Positions 43,548 through 57,316 of a DNA stretch of 58,319 bases are shown here, one piece after another (the stretch's first letter is position 1; each line of letters opens with the position of its first letter). The position numbers were made by a program, and so were the translations under genes. Origin of the DNA: Octopus sinensis (lineage: Eukaryota); NCBI RefSeq assembly GCF_006345805.1, contig NW_021833939.1, forward strand, positions 1-58,319. The letters run 5' to 3'. The notes under the pieces are model-generated. The model was given only the letters and a program-made list of their open reading frames with translations, did not search any database and was not told the DNA's origin.

Positions 43548-43574
43548 CATTATTATTATTATTATTATTATTGA

Positions 43575-44785
43575 GTGAGTAAGAGAGCAGTGCATGCCAT
43601 CAAAGTGACACTGGGGTAAAATATACGAAGCCCAGTATACCCATCATGACTACCCGTCTGATAAGAGTACATCAGGCACATGCATCACAACCATATGTGC
43701 GCGAGATGGTGATATCATATCAAGATAGATAGCACATGACCTTGCAGGTGGGGCCCAGTTAGAATTTTCTTCAGGTCGAGTAGCCCATCCCGCTCAAAAG
43801 GTCTATGAATATGAGTTGCTTAAGGATGTTGAACGAAACACCCATGTTTCCAGCAATGAATTATCCAAATCCCAAAGAATCCCTCTTGTAGTGACGCTAT
43901 ATAGCGGCGCGCGCGCGCACCGTCCATTTTCTATCTCGCGCGTGCGAGTGTTGGTGCCTTCACCAAGGCACAGAAAGGAAGGGCCCTCTCGCGCATGCGC
44001 GAACCACCGGAAGCACGACCCTGGCCAAGGCAGGGGGATCGTAGAACGTTTGACCACTAGCAGCAGTCAGCGGGGACTTTGAGACATGGCTATCGAAGGC
44101 AACGGTCACGTATATTCTCTCTCCGTCAGGACTTGGGACAGCAGCGATTGAAGGAGACGGTCACGCATATTTTCTCTCCGTTCGAACTTGCTTCTAGCAG
44201 TCCTTACCAAAAGGCCTTTAACCTGGATTGTTGCAGACATCATCTTCCCTGTTCGACGCCATCTTGAACCCGTTCTGGTTTTTAGCGGCTGAATATTGTA
44301 AATATTACAATCGATTAACTTTCAGCCTTGCGCGCCCCGAACCAAGGACATCAGATAACACACTTATTGTTATTGTTACCAAGAAAGAGAATAAAGTAGT
44401 ATATATATATTTTACGTCTGCGTCTTGTTGTTTCTGACTGGTAGAATTCTGGATTATTAAAGCAACGGCTAGTGATTGCTTTCTTGTACCCCGAAAGTAC
44501 AAGACAAGATATTCACTCACACACAAAGTTCGTTACACTCTCAACACATAGCTATGATGCTCCCCCGCTATTTTTGCTCATGATCAGAGATGCACATATC
44601 CTCAACCACTAAGGGCGATACTCAACTGGTTACGGTCAAACAACTGACAAGCAAATCTGTGGTACTGAGCAGAATATTTGCTGTAGACCATCTTTTATGC
44701 CAAGACAAAACAATGTACATGATAACACTTACAATCAGTTAAGATCAGGAGCCATGAGAGCCACTGTCTGGTACTGCATCAGGGC
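43575..44785 (-). mobile_element. Second copy of the ~480 bp element, interrupted by a solo LTR
   Basis: Colinear with 42923-43400 on both sides of 43887-44537. Confidence 0.75.
43887..44537 (+). mobile_element. Solo LTR (651 bp), likely Ty3/Gypsy
   Basis: TGTA...TACA termini and a 4-bp TSD CTCT (43883-43886 / 44538-44541; single in the uninterrupted copy). Internal AATAAA near 44389. Orientation is tentative. Confidence 0.8.
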
Positions 44786-44808
44786 ATTTATTATTATTAT
44801 TATTATTA

Positions 44809-44844
<36 letters not shown>

Positions 44845-44908
44845 GTTCTTATTATTATTATTATTGTTCTTATTATTATTATCATTATTATTATTATTAT
44901 TATTATTA

Positions 44909-44941
<33 letters not shown>

Positions 44942-44944
<3 letters not shown>

Positions 44945-45331
44945 TTAGTTTTTTTTTTTATAGCGTGCTTTCACTTCACTACCGAGCGCAGCTCTGTGTG
45001 CCTTGGGTATGTGCTGTGATTTGTTGTGATGCTCTGATGGTTATTGTATGGAAAGTGTTATGCGTAGGATGTGTGCAGTGCCTAGTAGTGCAATTTTCTG
45101 TATGTTATATGTGTTTGTAAGTCCTGGTGTTTTTGTTATGTATTTGTCTGAATATTTTTTTATCATGCCTAATGCACCTACTATGATAGGAATTGTTTCT
45201 GTTTTCAGATTCCACATTCTAGTTACCTCTATTTCCAGGTCTTTGTATTTTGAGAGTTTCTCCATTTCTTTTAGAGACACGTTGTCATCAGCCGGTATTG
45301 ATACATCAACTAGAAAGCATTTTTTTTCTTC

Positions 45332-45335
<4 letters not shown>
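44942..45335 (-). mobile_element. 5'-truncated R4/Dong family B insertion
   Basis: CFLVDVSIPADDNV..KE.EKLSKYKDL...IPIIVGALG. Same 3' terminus as at 35066. Confidence 0.88.
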
Positions 45336-45361
<26 letters not shown>

Positions 45362-45362
<1 letters not shown>

Positions 45363-48300
45363 TTTTCTTCTTCTTTCAAATTTGCTTCCATTTCTTGCCG
45401 AGTGTCTTCCCGACTCCTAGGGCAAAGAAACTCATAGTATACATTGGTAGGCCATTAAACTAAACTCACTAGTTCGTTCATTTTTTTTTTTTGATAGAAA
45501 TAAAGTTAAATTAAAATACATGGGTAGTAATAGTTCTCACATCGACAATGCTCTTCTCAATACGTGTGATGTACCAGTTAAGACAATCTTTTACATTTCT
45601 TGCTGGGATGGTAAGCCAGGGATCATTCTCATATAATTTTCGGTCCCCTTCTTGATCATCCTTAGTGCTCCTACGATCACTGGTATTGTAACCGCCTTGA
45701 GATGCCACATTTTCTCAATTTCAATGAGCAGGTCTTTATATTTTCTGAGCTTGTCAAACTCTTTCGCCGAGATATTATGATCACAGGGGATGCTCATGTC
45801 GATCAATAAGCAAACTTTATTGTTTTGGTCTTTCACAACAATATCCGGTTTATTAGCTTTGATGGTTCGGTCTGTATGTACTGGAAAGTCCCACAGAATC
45901 GTTACATTTTCTCCTTCAGTTACAGCTTCAGGGTGGTGATTATACCACTTGTCGGCAGTTTTGATATTGTAATGCCGACTTATTAGCCAGTGGAGATATT
46001 GGCCAACTCTGTCATGTCTTAATTTATACTCCACTGGTGCTAAGACTTTACATCCAGAGATTAGGTGATCTACTGTTTCAATCATGTCGTTGCAGAATCG
46101 GCATTTTGGGTCTACTCCATTTTTCATCACATTGGCCTGGTAGTTCTGGGTTAATAGGCTTTGATCTTGAGCAGCCAGGATGAAACCTTCGCTCCCTGCT
46201 TTTAGCCCTGAGCTCCGTAGCCACTGATGGGTTTGCTTCTGGTCAACATCAGCTTGTTTGCTACGGGCCACATATTTGCCGTGCAGAGGTTTCTCTTCCC
46301 ACCTATCAGCCAATTGCTCGTGCGCTTTTTTCGTTGCCATTATTTTCACCTTCTTTGCAACAACAGTTGCCGTACTTCCCTCGGGTTGTTCAGTTTGGGT
46401 ATCCTGCACGAGATCAATAGCAAATTTTTTGCTTTCCTTTATGATAGAATGAAGCTTCTTTCGTCTCTCGTGATTTTCTACGAGCTTTAGCATCCAGTCA
46501 TTCTTTATTTCAAGATATTTGGCCAGTCCAATTGTGGTTGTTTTGTAAGCTAGTTCAAATTGGATCAGGCCTCGACCTCCTTGGGCTCTGGGGAGGTAAA
46601 GGCGATCTACGTCTGCCTTTGGGTGTTGTATCCTATTACAACTCAGCAGCTTGCGTATTTTCCTATCTATATTCTTTACTTCATACTTCACTCATATTCC
46701 AGTTCAACACATTGTAGCAACAGGAACTGCTAAGGAATTTATAGCTAACATCTTGTTACGTGCATTTAGTTCAGATTTCGGGACTGCTCGAACTCTCCTA
46801 TAACATTCCTTCCTGATCTTCTCTTTCATGCTTGCATGCTGAATACAAGAGCCTTCATTTATCCCTAAATATTTGTATATTTGTTCTTGCTCAAGCTCTC
46901 TTATGACTGTGTCAACATCTAACACGGCTGAATTTGTGGTTTTCACTTTCCCTTTCTGGAAAGTGGCCTTGGCACACTTCTCAAGCCCAAACTCCATCCC
47001 AATGTCATCGCTGAATGCTTTCACAGAGCGCAATAGGCCTTCAAGTTCATTATCGTCTTTACTATAGAGTTTTAGGTCATCCATATAAAATAGATGGCTT
47101 ATTTTTTTATTGACAATTTTATACCCATACCTTGTTCTGTTTAATTCACTTGTAAGGGGTATTAGGGCTATGCAGAATATTAAAGGTGAAAGTGAATCAC
47201 CTTGAAAAATGTCACAGTTGATGTTTATATTCTCTGAGGCAAGTACTCCATTAGAGTGGTATGATTGGAGATTCGTATTCCACAACGACATATAGTGCTT
47301 CAGGAAGTTTGAAATCACAGGGGAAATTTTGAAGATGTCCAGCGATCTCAAGATCCATGAATGCGGCATACTGTCGAAGGCCTTTTTATAGTCAATCCAT
47401 GCGGAGCTGAGATTTCTGCGCTGGCTGTGACAGTTCTCATGGATCATACGACTAATTAGCAGCTGATCTTTGCATCCGTAAGAGCCTCGGTGGCACCCTT
47501 CTTGTTCAATGGGGAAAATATCGCTCTTTCCCATGAATGCATATGTTTTCTCCGCTAGGATAGATGTTAGGATTTTATACGTGGTGGATAAGCAGGTTAT
47601 AGGCCGATAGTTTTTTGGAAGTTTGGTTTCGTTATTCTTTGGGAGTAGGTAAGTAATACCACTTGCTAACCATTCAGGTGTTTTCTTTGGGTCTCTCATA
47701 ATTCCATTGAGCAGCTGAACTAGCTTACTGTGTGCGCATGGGAGCGATGCGAGCCAGAAATTCGGCACCCTATCTTTACCGGGGGATTTCCAATTATGGG
47801 CCTTCGTGAGTGCCTTTCTTAGGTCTGCTATTGTGATGTCTTCCCATGCTTGTTGTTGTAAATTTTGGTAGGATCCTTCAGTTTGTATAATCCAGTCTGC
47901 ATTTATGTTGTACGTCTTCTCGTCACTCCAAATCCTTTTCCAAAAGTTTTGAACTTCTTCCATGGGAGGGGGGATCTTTAACGGTTACTTTCTCCTTCCC
48001 TATTTCTCTGTAGAATTTTTTGGCATTGGATGTGAACAGCTTATTTTGCTTGTAAAACTTGTTTCTCTTCTCAAATCTTCGTATTCTTTGGGCTTTTGCT
48101 TGGACTTTTTGTTTCAGCGTTTCTTTTATTGATATCAGTTCTTCTCTTGGTGAGGATCCAAATTTTCTCTTCATCTTTCTTCCTATTCTGGATCTTACAT
48201 CATTTCCACATATTAGTTCATTTAATATTGATATTTCCCCTCTCATAAATTCAATCTCTTTTTCAATTTTACTTCTCCAGGTTTGATTTCTTCCCAGGTT

Positions 48301-49335
48301 TTGTTTTCTTTGTTTTTTCGGGGGCATACAGCTGGTTTCAATTGCCCTAGCAGAAGCGTAAATAATTTCATTTAACTCAGTAAAATCAGGTTTTAATTCT
48401 TGTATTATTTCATTTGTTACATAGTTGCCAATTTTGATTTGTTTTTTATTTTGGTTTGTATTTGAGAGTTTATGAAGTGGTTCTCTATCATTCATACTTG
48501 TATGTCTTACAACTTCAAGCGTATTCAGGATTTTCTGCCTCATTTCTGCCATAGACTCTCTGTGTTCTTCAGCAAATGCGAGATCTTCAGTTACTGTTGT
48601 TTTATCATTTTTCTGGCTATCTTTAACAAGTTCAATAGAATTTCTTGTATCTTCAGGCCTTTGCGTGCTTTGGTCAGATGGCAGTCTTTCAATTAAGCCT
48701 TGTGGCGGGCTATTCTGTTCATCTGATTCTTCATTTCCTTTGTGTCTTATATTTATGTCATTTTCCGTTGCGTCCTTGATCGCGCTTATTTCACTGTGAG
48801 TCCGTTATTTCTAAGGATATCCCTCTTCACATTTGCCAATTTGTTCTCGCCCAAATAGGGTCTACTGTCTTGATTCGGTGTTCTCCATATACTGTAAGAG
48901 TTTGCAGTGTGTCTCTCTTGAGATGGCCTACCTAATGCATAGTAATAAGCGTATATTACTTCTTTATACTCTTCTCGGGTCCATTTGTTCCGCTTACATT
49001 TTTCTTTCTGTGGTGGTTGTGGTGGTGAACTTGGAGGGCTCGAGTTGGGGAATTTCCCGTTCAAGTGACCATCCATGTCCGTATTCAGAGAAGAGTTTGT
49101 GCCAGTTGATGACTTTTCGATCCCAGGCTTGCTCTTCCCTGGGGGACGCGCTTCCAGATTAACCATAGGACAAGCGATTTGGTATACTGATTTAGTTTTC
49201 CTTTTAGTTTCCAAAAACATTTTGGTGCTACGATAATGTTATCATTTTTGAGCTCTGAGTGGCTCGCGGGGAGACGGCCATCATTGCCGTTACAATTATA
49301 ATCGTACCATTATAGCAGCCGTAGCCGGCTTATTA
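45362..49335 (-). mobile_element. R4/Dong-type LINE, family A copy 2 (near full length, few frameshifts)
   Basis: Long ORFs 48786-49220, 47923-48552, 46704-47963 (RT, FYMDDLKLY) and 45591-46691 (CRFC..ETVDHLISGC, KPDIVV). Highly similar to 23656-27590. Confidence 0.95.
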
Positions 49336-50264
49336 TTTTTATTATCATCACCATTATTATCACTATTATTATTATCACCACTATTACTATCATTATTATC
49401 ATCATCACCATCACCATCATCATCATCATCAATGATATTGTTTTATGTGTAGTCACAGCAGTATCTTATTATTGTTATTTTTGTTTTTATCATTATCACC
49501 ATCACAGTACGTTGGCAGCGGGTTGAGTTGTGTGTCTGTTTGTCTCGTTGGCTGGCTGGGTGGTTGGCTGGCTGGCTGGCTGTCTTCAACGCCAGAATTC
49601 TTGCCTGTCAGATGATACTTTCATGTTTGGTTAACATCTAAAGAGCCGAGGTGAAGTTTGTGTTGGCTGAACTCTGTGTGTGTGTGTACGTGTGTGTAGA
49701 TAGATAGATTATCACCACTATTACTATCATTATTATCACCATCACCATCACCATCAGCATCATCATCATCAATGATATTGTTTTATGTGTAGTCACAGCA
49801 GTATCTTATTGTTGTTGTTTTTTTATCATTACCACCATCACCACCACTACTACCACTGTTTGGGGCAGTAATTGGTGAAGAGGTCATGCTCTATAGGTCT
49901 ATAAATAGATTCAGCAGATGGTGGAGAGATAGCCCAAGAGACAAAGGACATTAATGGTCAGGAGAGGTCAAACCTGTTTACTTTTTTTTTCTTCCTTTTT
50001 TTCAGCGCTTGTTGAGTGAGAGAGCAGTGCATGCCATCAAAGTAACACTGGGGTACAAATATACGAAGCCCAGTATACCCATCATGACTACCCGTCTTAA
50101 ACCAATGATTCCGGATTAATAATCCAATTAGAAGAATACTCATTATAACCCTTACTATCAGCTGATATACTTAAATAAATAAATTAACAATTATATTAAG
50201 TAATTGTAGGACACAGAACTTAGATTCATATCAGAAATATATGTATAGATATATAGATCTGTAT

Positions 50265-50317
<53 letters not shown>

Positions 50318-50557
50318 CAAAGCTATCAGGAGGCGTTCGATGCTTCCTAGGGCTATACAGCGGTGGTGTACCTCCTACTGTCACGTTCTTGTTAGATTGA
50401 CAGTATACAACCATTCTATCGCCCCACCACCGTACATGTCTCTACGAGAGATTTAGAAATTCAATATTTCTTATATATATATATATATATATAATATATA
50501 TATATATATAATATATTGAGTTGTGGTGTCTGTGTGTGTGTGTATGTGTGTGTGTGA

Positions 50558-50589
<32 letters not shown>

Positions 50590-50814
50590 ACTTAATAAAT
50601 TTTAAATAAATTATTTTTAAATAAACATTTCGTGATAAAATGTTTCTGTGAAGAATATGGTTTTTAAAATCCACTCGAAAATTTCTCAATGTACAGCGTT
50701 GTTTAGGGATCAGCACTCCATTACGACTCATCACATTCTCATTAGAGTTCTTTACATAAAGAAGTTAACATGAATAAGTAATATTCGTGTAATGTGTGTC
50801 AGTGTGAGTAAGTG

Positions 50815-50846
<32 letters not shown>

Positions 50847-50913
50847 CGCCATATGTGTACGTACATATTTCTATATGTGTATGTGGATATATGTTTGTAT
50901 ATATGCATATATG

Positions 50914-50948
<35 letters not shown>

Positions 50949-51084
50949 GTATGCATGTGTGTGTCTGTATGTGTGTGTGTGTCTATGTATGTAACTATGT
51001 ATATACCGTACGCACGTCTGTGTATACGCTTATATACATGTATACATTTGCTTACACATGTGTACATATGCGTATTTGTCTAAG

Positions 51085-51590
<506 letters not shown>

Positions 51591-51616
51591 AAAAAAAAAA
51601 TATGCATATATACATA

Positions 51617-52025
51617 CTCTTTTACTCTTTACTCTTTTTACTTGTTTCAGTCATTTGACTGTGGCCATGCTGGAGCACCACCTTTAGTCGAGCAAATCGA
51701 CCCCGGGACTTATTCTTTGTAAGCCCAGTACTTATTCTATCGGTCTCTTTTACCGAACCGCTAAGTGACGGGGACGTAAACACACCAGCATCGGTTGTCA
51801 AGCAGTGCTAGGGGGACAAACACACACACACAAACACACACACATACACATATATATACATATATACGACAGGCTTCTTTCAGTTTCGTCTACCAAATCC
51901 ACTCACAAGGCATTGGTCGGCCCGGGGCTATAGCAGAAGACACTTGCCCAAGATGCCACGCAGTGGGACTGAACCCGGAACCATGTGGTTGGTTAGCAAG
52001 CTACTTACCACACAGTCACTCCTAT
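51617..52025 (-). mobile_element. tRNA-derived SINE
   Basis: Same family as 2112-2564. Confidence 0.85.
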
Positions 52026-52030
52026 GTATA

Positions 52031-52542
52031 TCTATGTATATAAAACTGTAGTTGCGTGAGTGTCTGTCTCCTACGATTTAGATTCCTAACTCCTCCCACA
52101 TTTTGCGGTGCAGTTTAACCAAATTCGGGTATCTTATAGTCGTGATTAATATCGAGCCCGTCTGAGTATTAGCGCGCGTCTACGATGAGTCTACGATTTT
52201 AAAAATAATTTAACATCATTTTTTATTCCATTTTAATGCATAATCTTTCGTGTGTCAATGGCGGCGGAGTTGGCGTCCACGCTCAAACACCTGCACCTGT
52301 TTGCTTCTCTCCCTTCCCTCCCTCGTGAAGCTGTGGGGAAGGGAGTGTAAAGAAATCAACGTCGTAATGCGTTGTCAAGGAGACCAGCGTTCTTTTAGAA
52401 CAACGACTTCATGGCTTGAAGACACCAAAACAGAAATGGCTAAGAAAGCCCGAATTGGCATCTATAAGGGAAGTAACTCTCTAAAAATGCTTATATAGTT
52501 ATTTCCCTTACAAACCCGAGCAACGCCGGGCGATACTGCTAG
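52031..52542 (+). mobile_element. Non-autonomous Helitron (~510 bp)
   Basis: 5' TC after A; 3' hairpin cccg-agcaacgc-cggg (52515-52530), then CTAG followed by T. Confidence 0.8.
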
Positions 52543-52614
52543 TATTTTATATATATATATATACGCACACACACATATATATATATATATATATACGCAT
52601 ATATGCATTATATA

Positions 52615-53392
52615 TGTGGGTACAGGACGTCACCAATAATAAACAACATGAAATACGAAATCAAATAAGTTCAATACGCAAACAACGAGAGAATTAAATG
52701 GAGAAAGCGGGAGGCACAGAGTGAGACAGATTGTTTGCGTATTGAACTCAGTTGCTTTAGTATTTCATGTCGTCCTGTACCCATATACGCATGCGTATAT
52801 ATATATTATTATTTGACTGAACGCCACGCATCCATTTCCAAGTAAGTTTATCTTTATCTTTTTGATGCGACTCTACTCTATAGTGTTTTCTCTCTCATCC
52901 TTTCTCTAATTCCCTTTTTACCTCCCCTTCACTGTTTTCTATCTATATCTATCCTACCCTCCCTCTTCCTCCGTTTCTCTCTCTCGTTGCTCATTCGTGA
53001 CTTTCGTCCATCTTTCTCTTCCTCACGTGATAATCTTTCTTTTCTTTCAAGACTGTCTTAAGGACAGCACGTATCCTATTTCTCCTATCTGTTCTTTTGT
53101 TAAAGAAAATATTTCTCCAGCGTTCGCTATTTTACCCTCCATGTTCGTTTTCATTCGGTTTCCTTGTATGTCTCTCCTGTCCTGTTTTTGTTCCCAACTT
53201 TGACCCTCCATAAATCCCAAAATTTATTTTGGTACTTATAGGAGAAACTGTCTTCGAAGACTCAACTGATGAAGGGTTGTTCTTTATGTTACTTGTCCTG
53301 TTTTCCATTTGTTTCTCTCGTTGTTTGTGTATTGACCACAGTTTCTTTCGTGTTTCATGTTGTTTACTGTTGGTGACGTCCTGTAGCCATAT
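52615..53392. repeat. PLE-pLTR-like element with nested inverted repeats
   Basis: tacaggacgtcacc...ttcaatacgcaaacaa is inverted at 52731-52785 and again at ~53313-53392. Related to 22331-22629. Confidence 0.65.
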
Positions 53393-53407
53393 ATGCATGT
53401 ATATATA

Positions 53408-53470
<63 letters not shown>

Positions 53471-53506
53471 GCATGTATATATATATATATTATATATATA
53501 TATATG

Positions 53507-53559
<53 letters not shown>

Positions 53560-54085
53560 CATTATATAAAAGGGCTTAGTAAAATAATTACTTTGCCGCA
53601 TACTGAACTCATTAGAAATAGCAGCTAAAAAACTTTTTAAGGCTATTTCTAATACTTAAAGAAAATCTCTCTCATATATAGTGTTTGCATAATTTAACTC
53701 ACAAAAGTTGGGGGGTAATGACATCGAAAAATCAAATGCTAAGGTTATTCGAGAACGTACGTTTCAAGATTAGTCAAAACAACATTTCTATCATCGGCTC
53801 GGAAATTCCTTGGTTTGGATTTGGAAACACTGAAAATAAGAACATACCCTCTCGAAGATCTGCTCCCAACTAACAGTGTCAACAAATTCAAAATAAGCAA
53901 GCGAAGAATCTCTGTTCTCCCCTTTCCACCAGCGTGGGTTAAAATCATCAAACTCTATGCTTATTTCGGTAAAGTCCGAAGCATTAACAGAGGGAGATTA
54001 ATTATAATTTCAACAATTGAGGGCAAAATTAATTAATATTAATCAATTTCACCAAGTGTTCAGTATGCAAAGTATATAATTGTTG

Positions 54086-54120
<35 letters not shown>

Positions 54121-54547
54121 TAAATCTCTGAGCGATGTATAGACAGTAGCTGCACGACATCGTGAACTATGGCAAATATACTTCACGATGTCATGCAGTT
54201 ACGGTTTATACCTTGCTCAGAGATTTATTATTGCTTGTTTACACATTTTCGATATCAGTGACTTTTTGTCACTGGAAAAGGGATATATATTTGCATCGAG
54301 AACCTACTTTTCGTCGACAATCGGTGATTGTCACACGTTGATGACGGGTCAATACCCAGAAACTCGAGTCCGTGTGTATCATACAGGTTGAAGATGGGAA
54401 GGATGGCTTCCCCTTGCAAATACTGATAGGGCACAGAAGGTGTGTTAATAGCCAGCTGGAGGAGGGGTCCTCCTGGGGCTACAAGCTACAGTAGCATCCA
54501 CCCTTAAGGGTTAGCCACATTTAAGTGGCAAATATACTTCACGATAT

Positions 54548-54591
<44 letters not shown>

Positions 54592-54729
54592 GGAGTAAAC
54601 ACTTAAATGTGAAACAAGGTGGAAAAAAGAGTACTCAAATACCAGAGGTAAAGTAATATGCTTTATTTAAAGCAGCAGAAAATTCAACAAAACCTGTTAC
54701 TCTGAGTTTCCCGTTGCCGTTCACAGAGG

Positions 54730-54900
54730 GGACAAACAAAGACAGACAAACGGATTAAGTCGATTACATCGACCCCAGTGCGTAACTGGTACTTAATTTA
54801 TCGACCCCGAGAGGATGAAAGGCAAAGTCGACCTCGGCAGAATTTGAACCCAGAACGTAACGGCAGACGAAATACGGCTACGCATTTCGCCCGGCGTGCA
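54730..54900 (-). mobile_element. SINE of a second family with a conserved central domain
   Basis: Minus strand gggttcaaattctgccgaggtcgactttgcctttcatcctctcggggtcgataaattaagtaccag: a B-box plus a core seen in widespread metazoan SINEs. The superfamily was not assigned. Confidence 0.7.
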
Positions 54901-54949
54901 TTAAATACTACAAAACATATAAGTGGGACAAACACCAGATCCCTAATAC

Positions 54950-55290
54950 TTCATCAGTTATCGACCGAAAAATACTAAGTTGAAGTTGGAAGTTCTCCAT
55001 CATCCACCATGCTCACCTGATGTTTCTCCCACTGACAACTACTTTTTCCAGAATTTGGATAAAATTTTTCGTTAGGAGAAAAAATTTAATTCCGACGATG
55101 CTGTAAAACAGGCCTTCCAAGATTTTATTGACTCTAGATTATCAGGCTTTTTTAGTTCCGGGCTGGACAAGCTACCGCTGAAATGGCAAAAGTGTATTGA
55201 CAATATAGGTGCATACTTTGATGAATAAAACTATTCCTTGTATTTATAAAACATTAGCAAACTTTTTCTTTTCTACAAAATTCATACTTT
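54950..55290 (+). mobile_element. Mariner transposase 3' fragment with right end
   Basis: EVLHHPPCSPDVSPTDNYFF (YSPDLAP-like)...GLDKLPLKWQKCIDNIGAYFDE*, followed by caacctaata. Confidence 0.88.
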
Positions 55291-55374
55291 ACAACCTAAT
55301 ATGTGTGCTTGCGTATGTTTGTGTGTGTGTGTTTGCGTGTGTTTGTGTATGTGTGTGTGTGAGAGAGAGAGTTT

Positions 55375-55570
55375 TCTTTCTGTTTTTGTCTTCCACTATT
55401 GCTCGTCAATCGGTTTTAATCTGTTTAGGGATCAGTAACATAGCGATTCGGCCGAAGAGACCAATTGAAGACGTTCCAGGCATTAAAAAGTAAGTGCTGG
55501 GTCGATTCGTTCGAGCCAAAACCGTTAAAGGCGGTGCCTCTGCACGTCCGCAATCCAATGGCTAAAACGA
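55375..55570 (+). mobile_element. SINE 3' half, degenerate
   Basis: Similar to the SINE body (ggtcgatt...aaggcggtgc...tgg/act aaaac). Confidence 0.55.
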
Positions 55571-56919
55571 CTAAAACAGAAAAAAGTATTTATAAAAGGC
55601 ATTGGAAACATTTCTATACCTTTTATGAATACATCCATAAAATTAATCTTGAATTCATAAGAAATAAAACCTCAACAATAGCATTAAAAGATTACTAAAG
55701 TAAGCTTTAAACAGGCGTATGAAAGTAAAAGAAATTGTATGCCTTCTCCCGTACAAGTTCTAGGATACAAATAATACAATAAATTCAGTAAGATGTATGT
55801 AGGCAGCCTGTTAAACTATATCAGAAGCATGCAACGAAATTTCAGAATTATGAGCGAGGTGACCGAATTCGACACCCATAAAAATGAAAACATTTTCTAA
55901 TGGTCATATGGGTAGTGCAATATCCTACAGTGTTACATCTAACAATTTTATAGATATCAACAATGAAATTTTACCTCTGCATTGCGTTCGGAAAGTCCAC
56001 AAGACCTATCTACAATGAGTATATCATTGACAATCCATGCTTACACTTGCAGCTATATTTTCTCTCACAGATCTTGCACCTCTTAACAGAAATATTAGTG
56101 ATTGTATATGTTAGCAGTAATGACTTTTGTAGTGGGATCCGAGAATGCAAGTATAAATATGATCTCAGTACCTACAGCATAGGTAGCAAGGGTGTGGTAT
56201 CCCTGTATCAATCTGTTGATATAAATTTCGTTGTCAAGAAATGTGTGGAGTTGATCTGTAAGAGAGCGATGTCATATTAAACAATGTCGAAGTTGATGAA
56301 CTGGGTCTCTTCTTAACAGTCACTTGTATGAAGCAATTTCTTTTTGAACTGATTATCCCCTGCTAACCAAACGAGATAGAACTCCTTCGGCTGTTAGAAA
56401 GACCCTTAATGAACGCTGGCCCGGTTGGACCAAAATCAGACATACATAGCACGTGGTCATCTGTTGCACATGCTACCGATGCCAGCGAGACACAAAGATG
56501 TGCATCCATCAACTCCGCACGCACGCACACACACACACATTTGAACGATCCCTACTGTGTCCGAAATGCATTAGTTTATGTAAGATTTTCGTTCACTAGT
56601 CTGCTAGTCTGCAAACGAGGGAGACCACTTTGTTAATATAAATATTCTATAATAAAAGTTGCGACTTAAAATTTCAGTTTGAATTCAATATCGGTTGTTC
56701 TGATTTTCCTTTTCGTATTCAGCGCAAGAATGGCTATCGCTGATGATTCGTAACTAAAAGTTAAATCACATGCTACAAAAGTGCCATCCACCGGTACACA
56801 CGAACATTTCGTCAGACGACATGATCGGTGCTTGATTAGCACAAGTCTTAATAGATGATGTTTCCGGACATTTACCGCAGGTTAAACACTGCTCTTGTTA
56901 TGGCTAATTCATGTATACA

Positions 56920-57110
56920 TATTCTTTTATTCTTTTACTAGTTTTAGTCATAACACTCGGCCATGCTGGGGTACGCATTGAAGACTTTTCGTCAAATGAA
57001 TCGACCCCATTATTTCTGTTTTTTTCTTTTTTAACTTGGTACTTATTCTATCGGACACTTTTCCCGAACCCTAAATGTAAACACCACAATAGTGGAGACA
57101 AACAAGCACA
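56920..57110 (-). mobile_element. SINE 3' half
   Basis: ggccatgctgg...tcgacccc...ggtacttattctatcgg...ccgaacc, shared with 2112-2564. Confidence 0.7.
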
Positions 57111-57175
57111 TACACACATACGCACACACACAAACACACACACACAAACACACACACACACACACACACCACACA

Positions 57176-57206
<31 letters not shown>

Positions 57207-57316
57207 CACATGAACATTATATATATATATATATACATTCAAATTGTGACCGCGTGTGTACCGTTGGCGATTTTTTTTCCTCTGTCTTCCCTTCTCTGGA
57301 TCTTTCCTTCTCTTAT

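Noticed and set aside
45511-49220. Intact, active R4/Dong element
   Set aside because: Several frameshifts and a truncated segment near the RT end. Some may be assembly indels, but activity cannot be claimed from this sequence.
50310-50760. Short unique-looking stretches as possible host exons (also ~20480-20760 and ~56400-56900)
   Set aside because: No recognisable protein motif or clear splice pattern; cannot be supported without RNA-seq.
53245-53280. Type II hammerhead (GAAACUGUC...CUGAUGA)
   Set aside because: Stem II strands are not complementary and stem I is not convincing.
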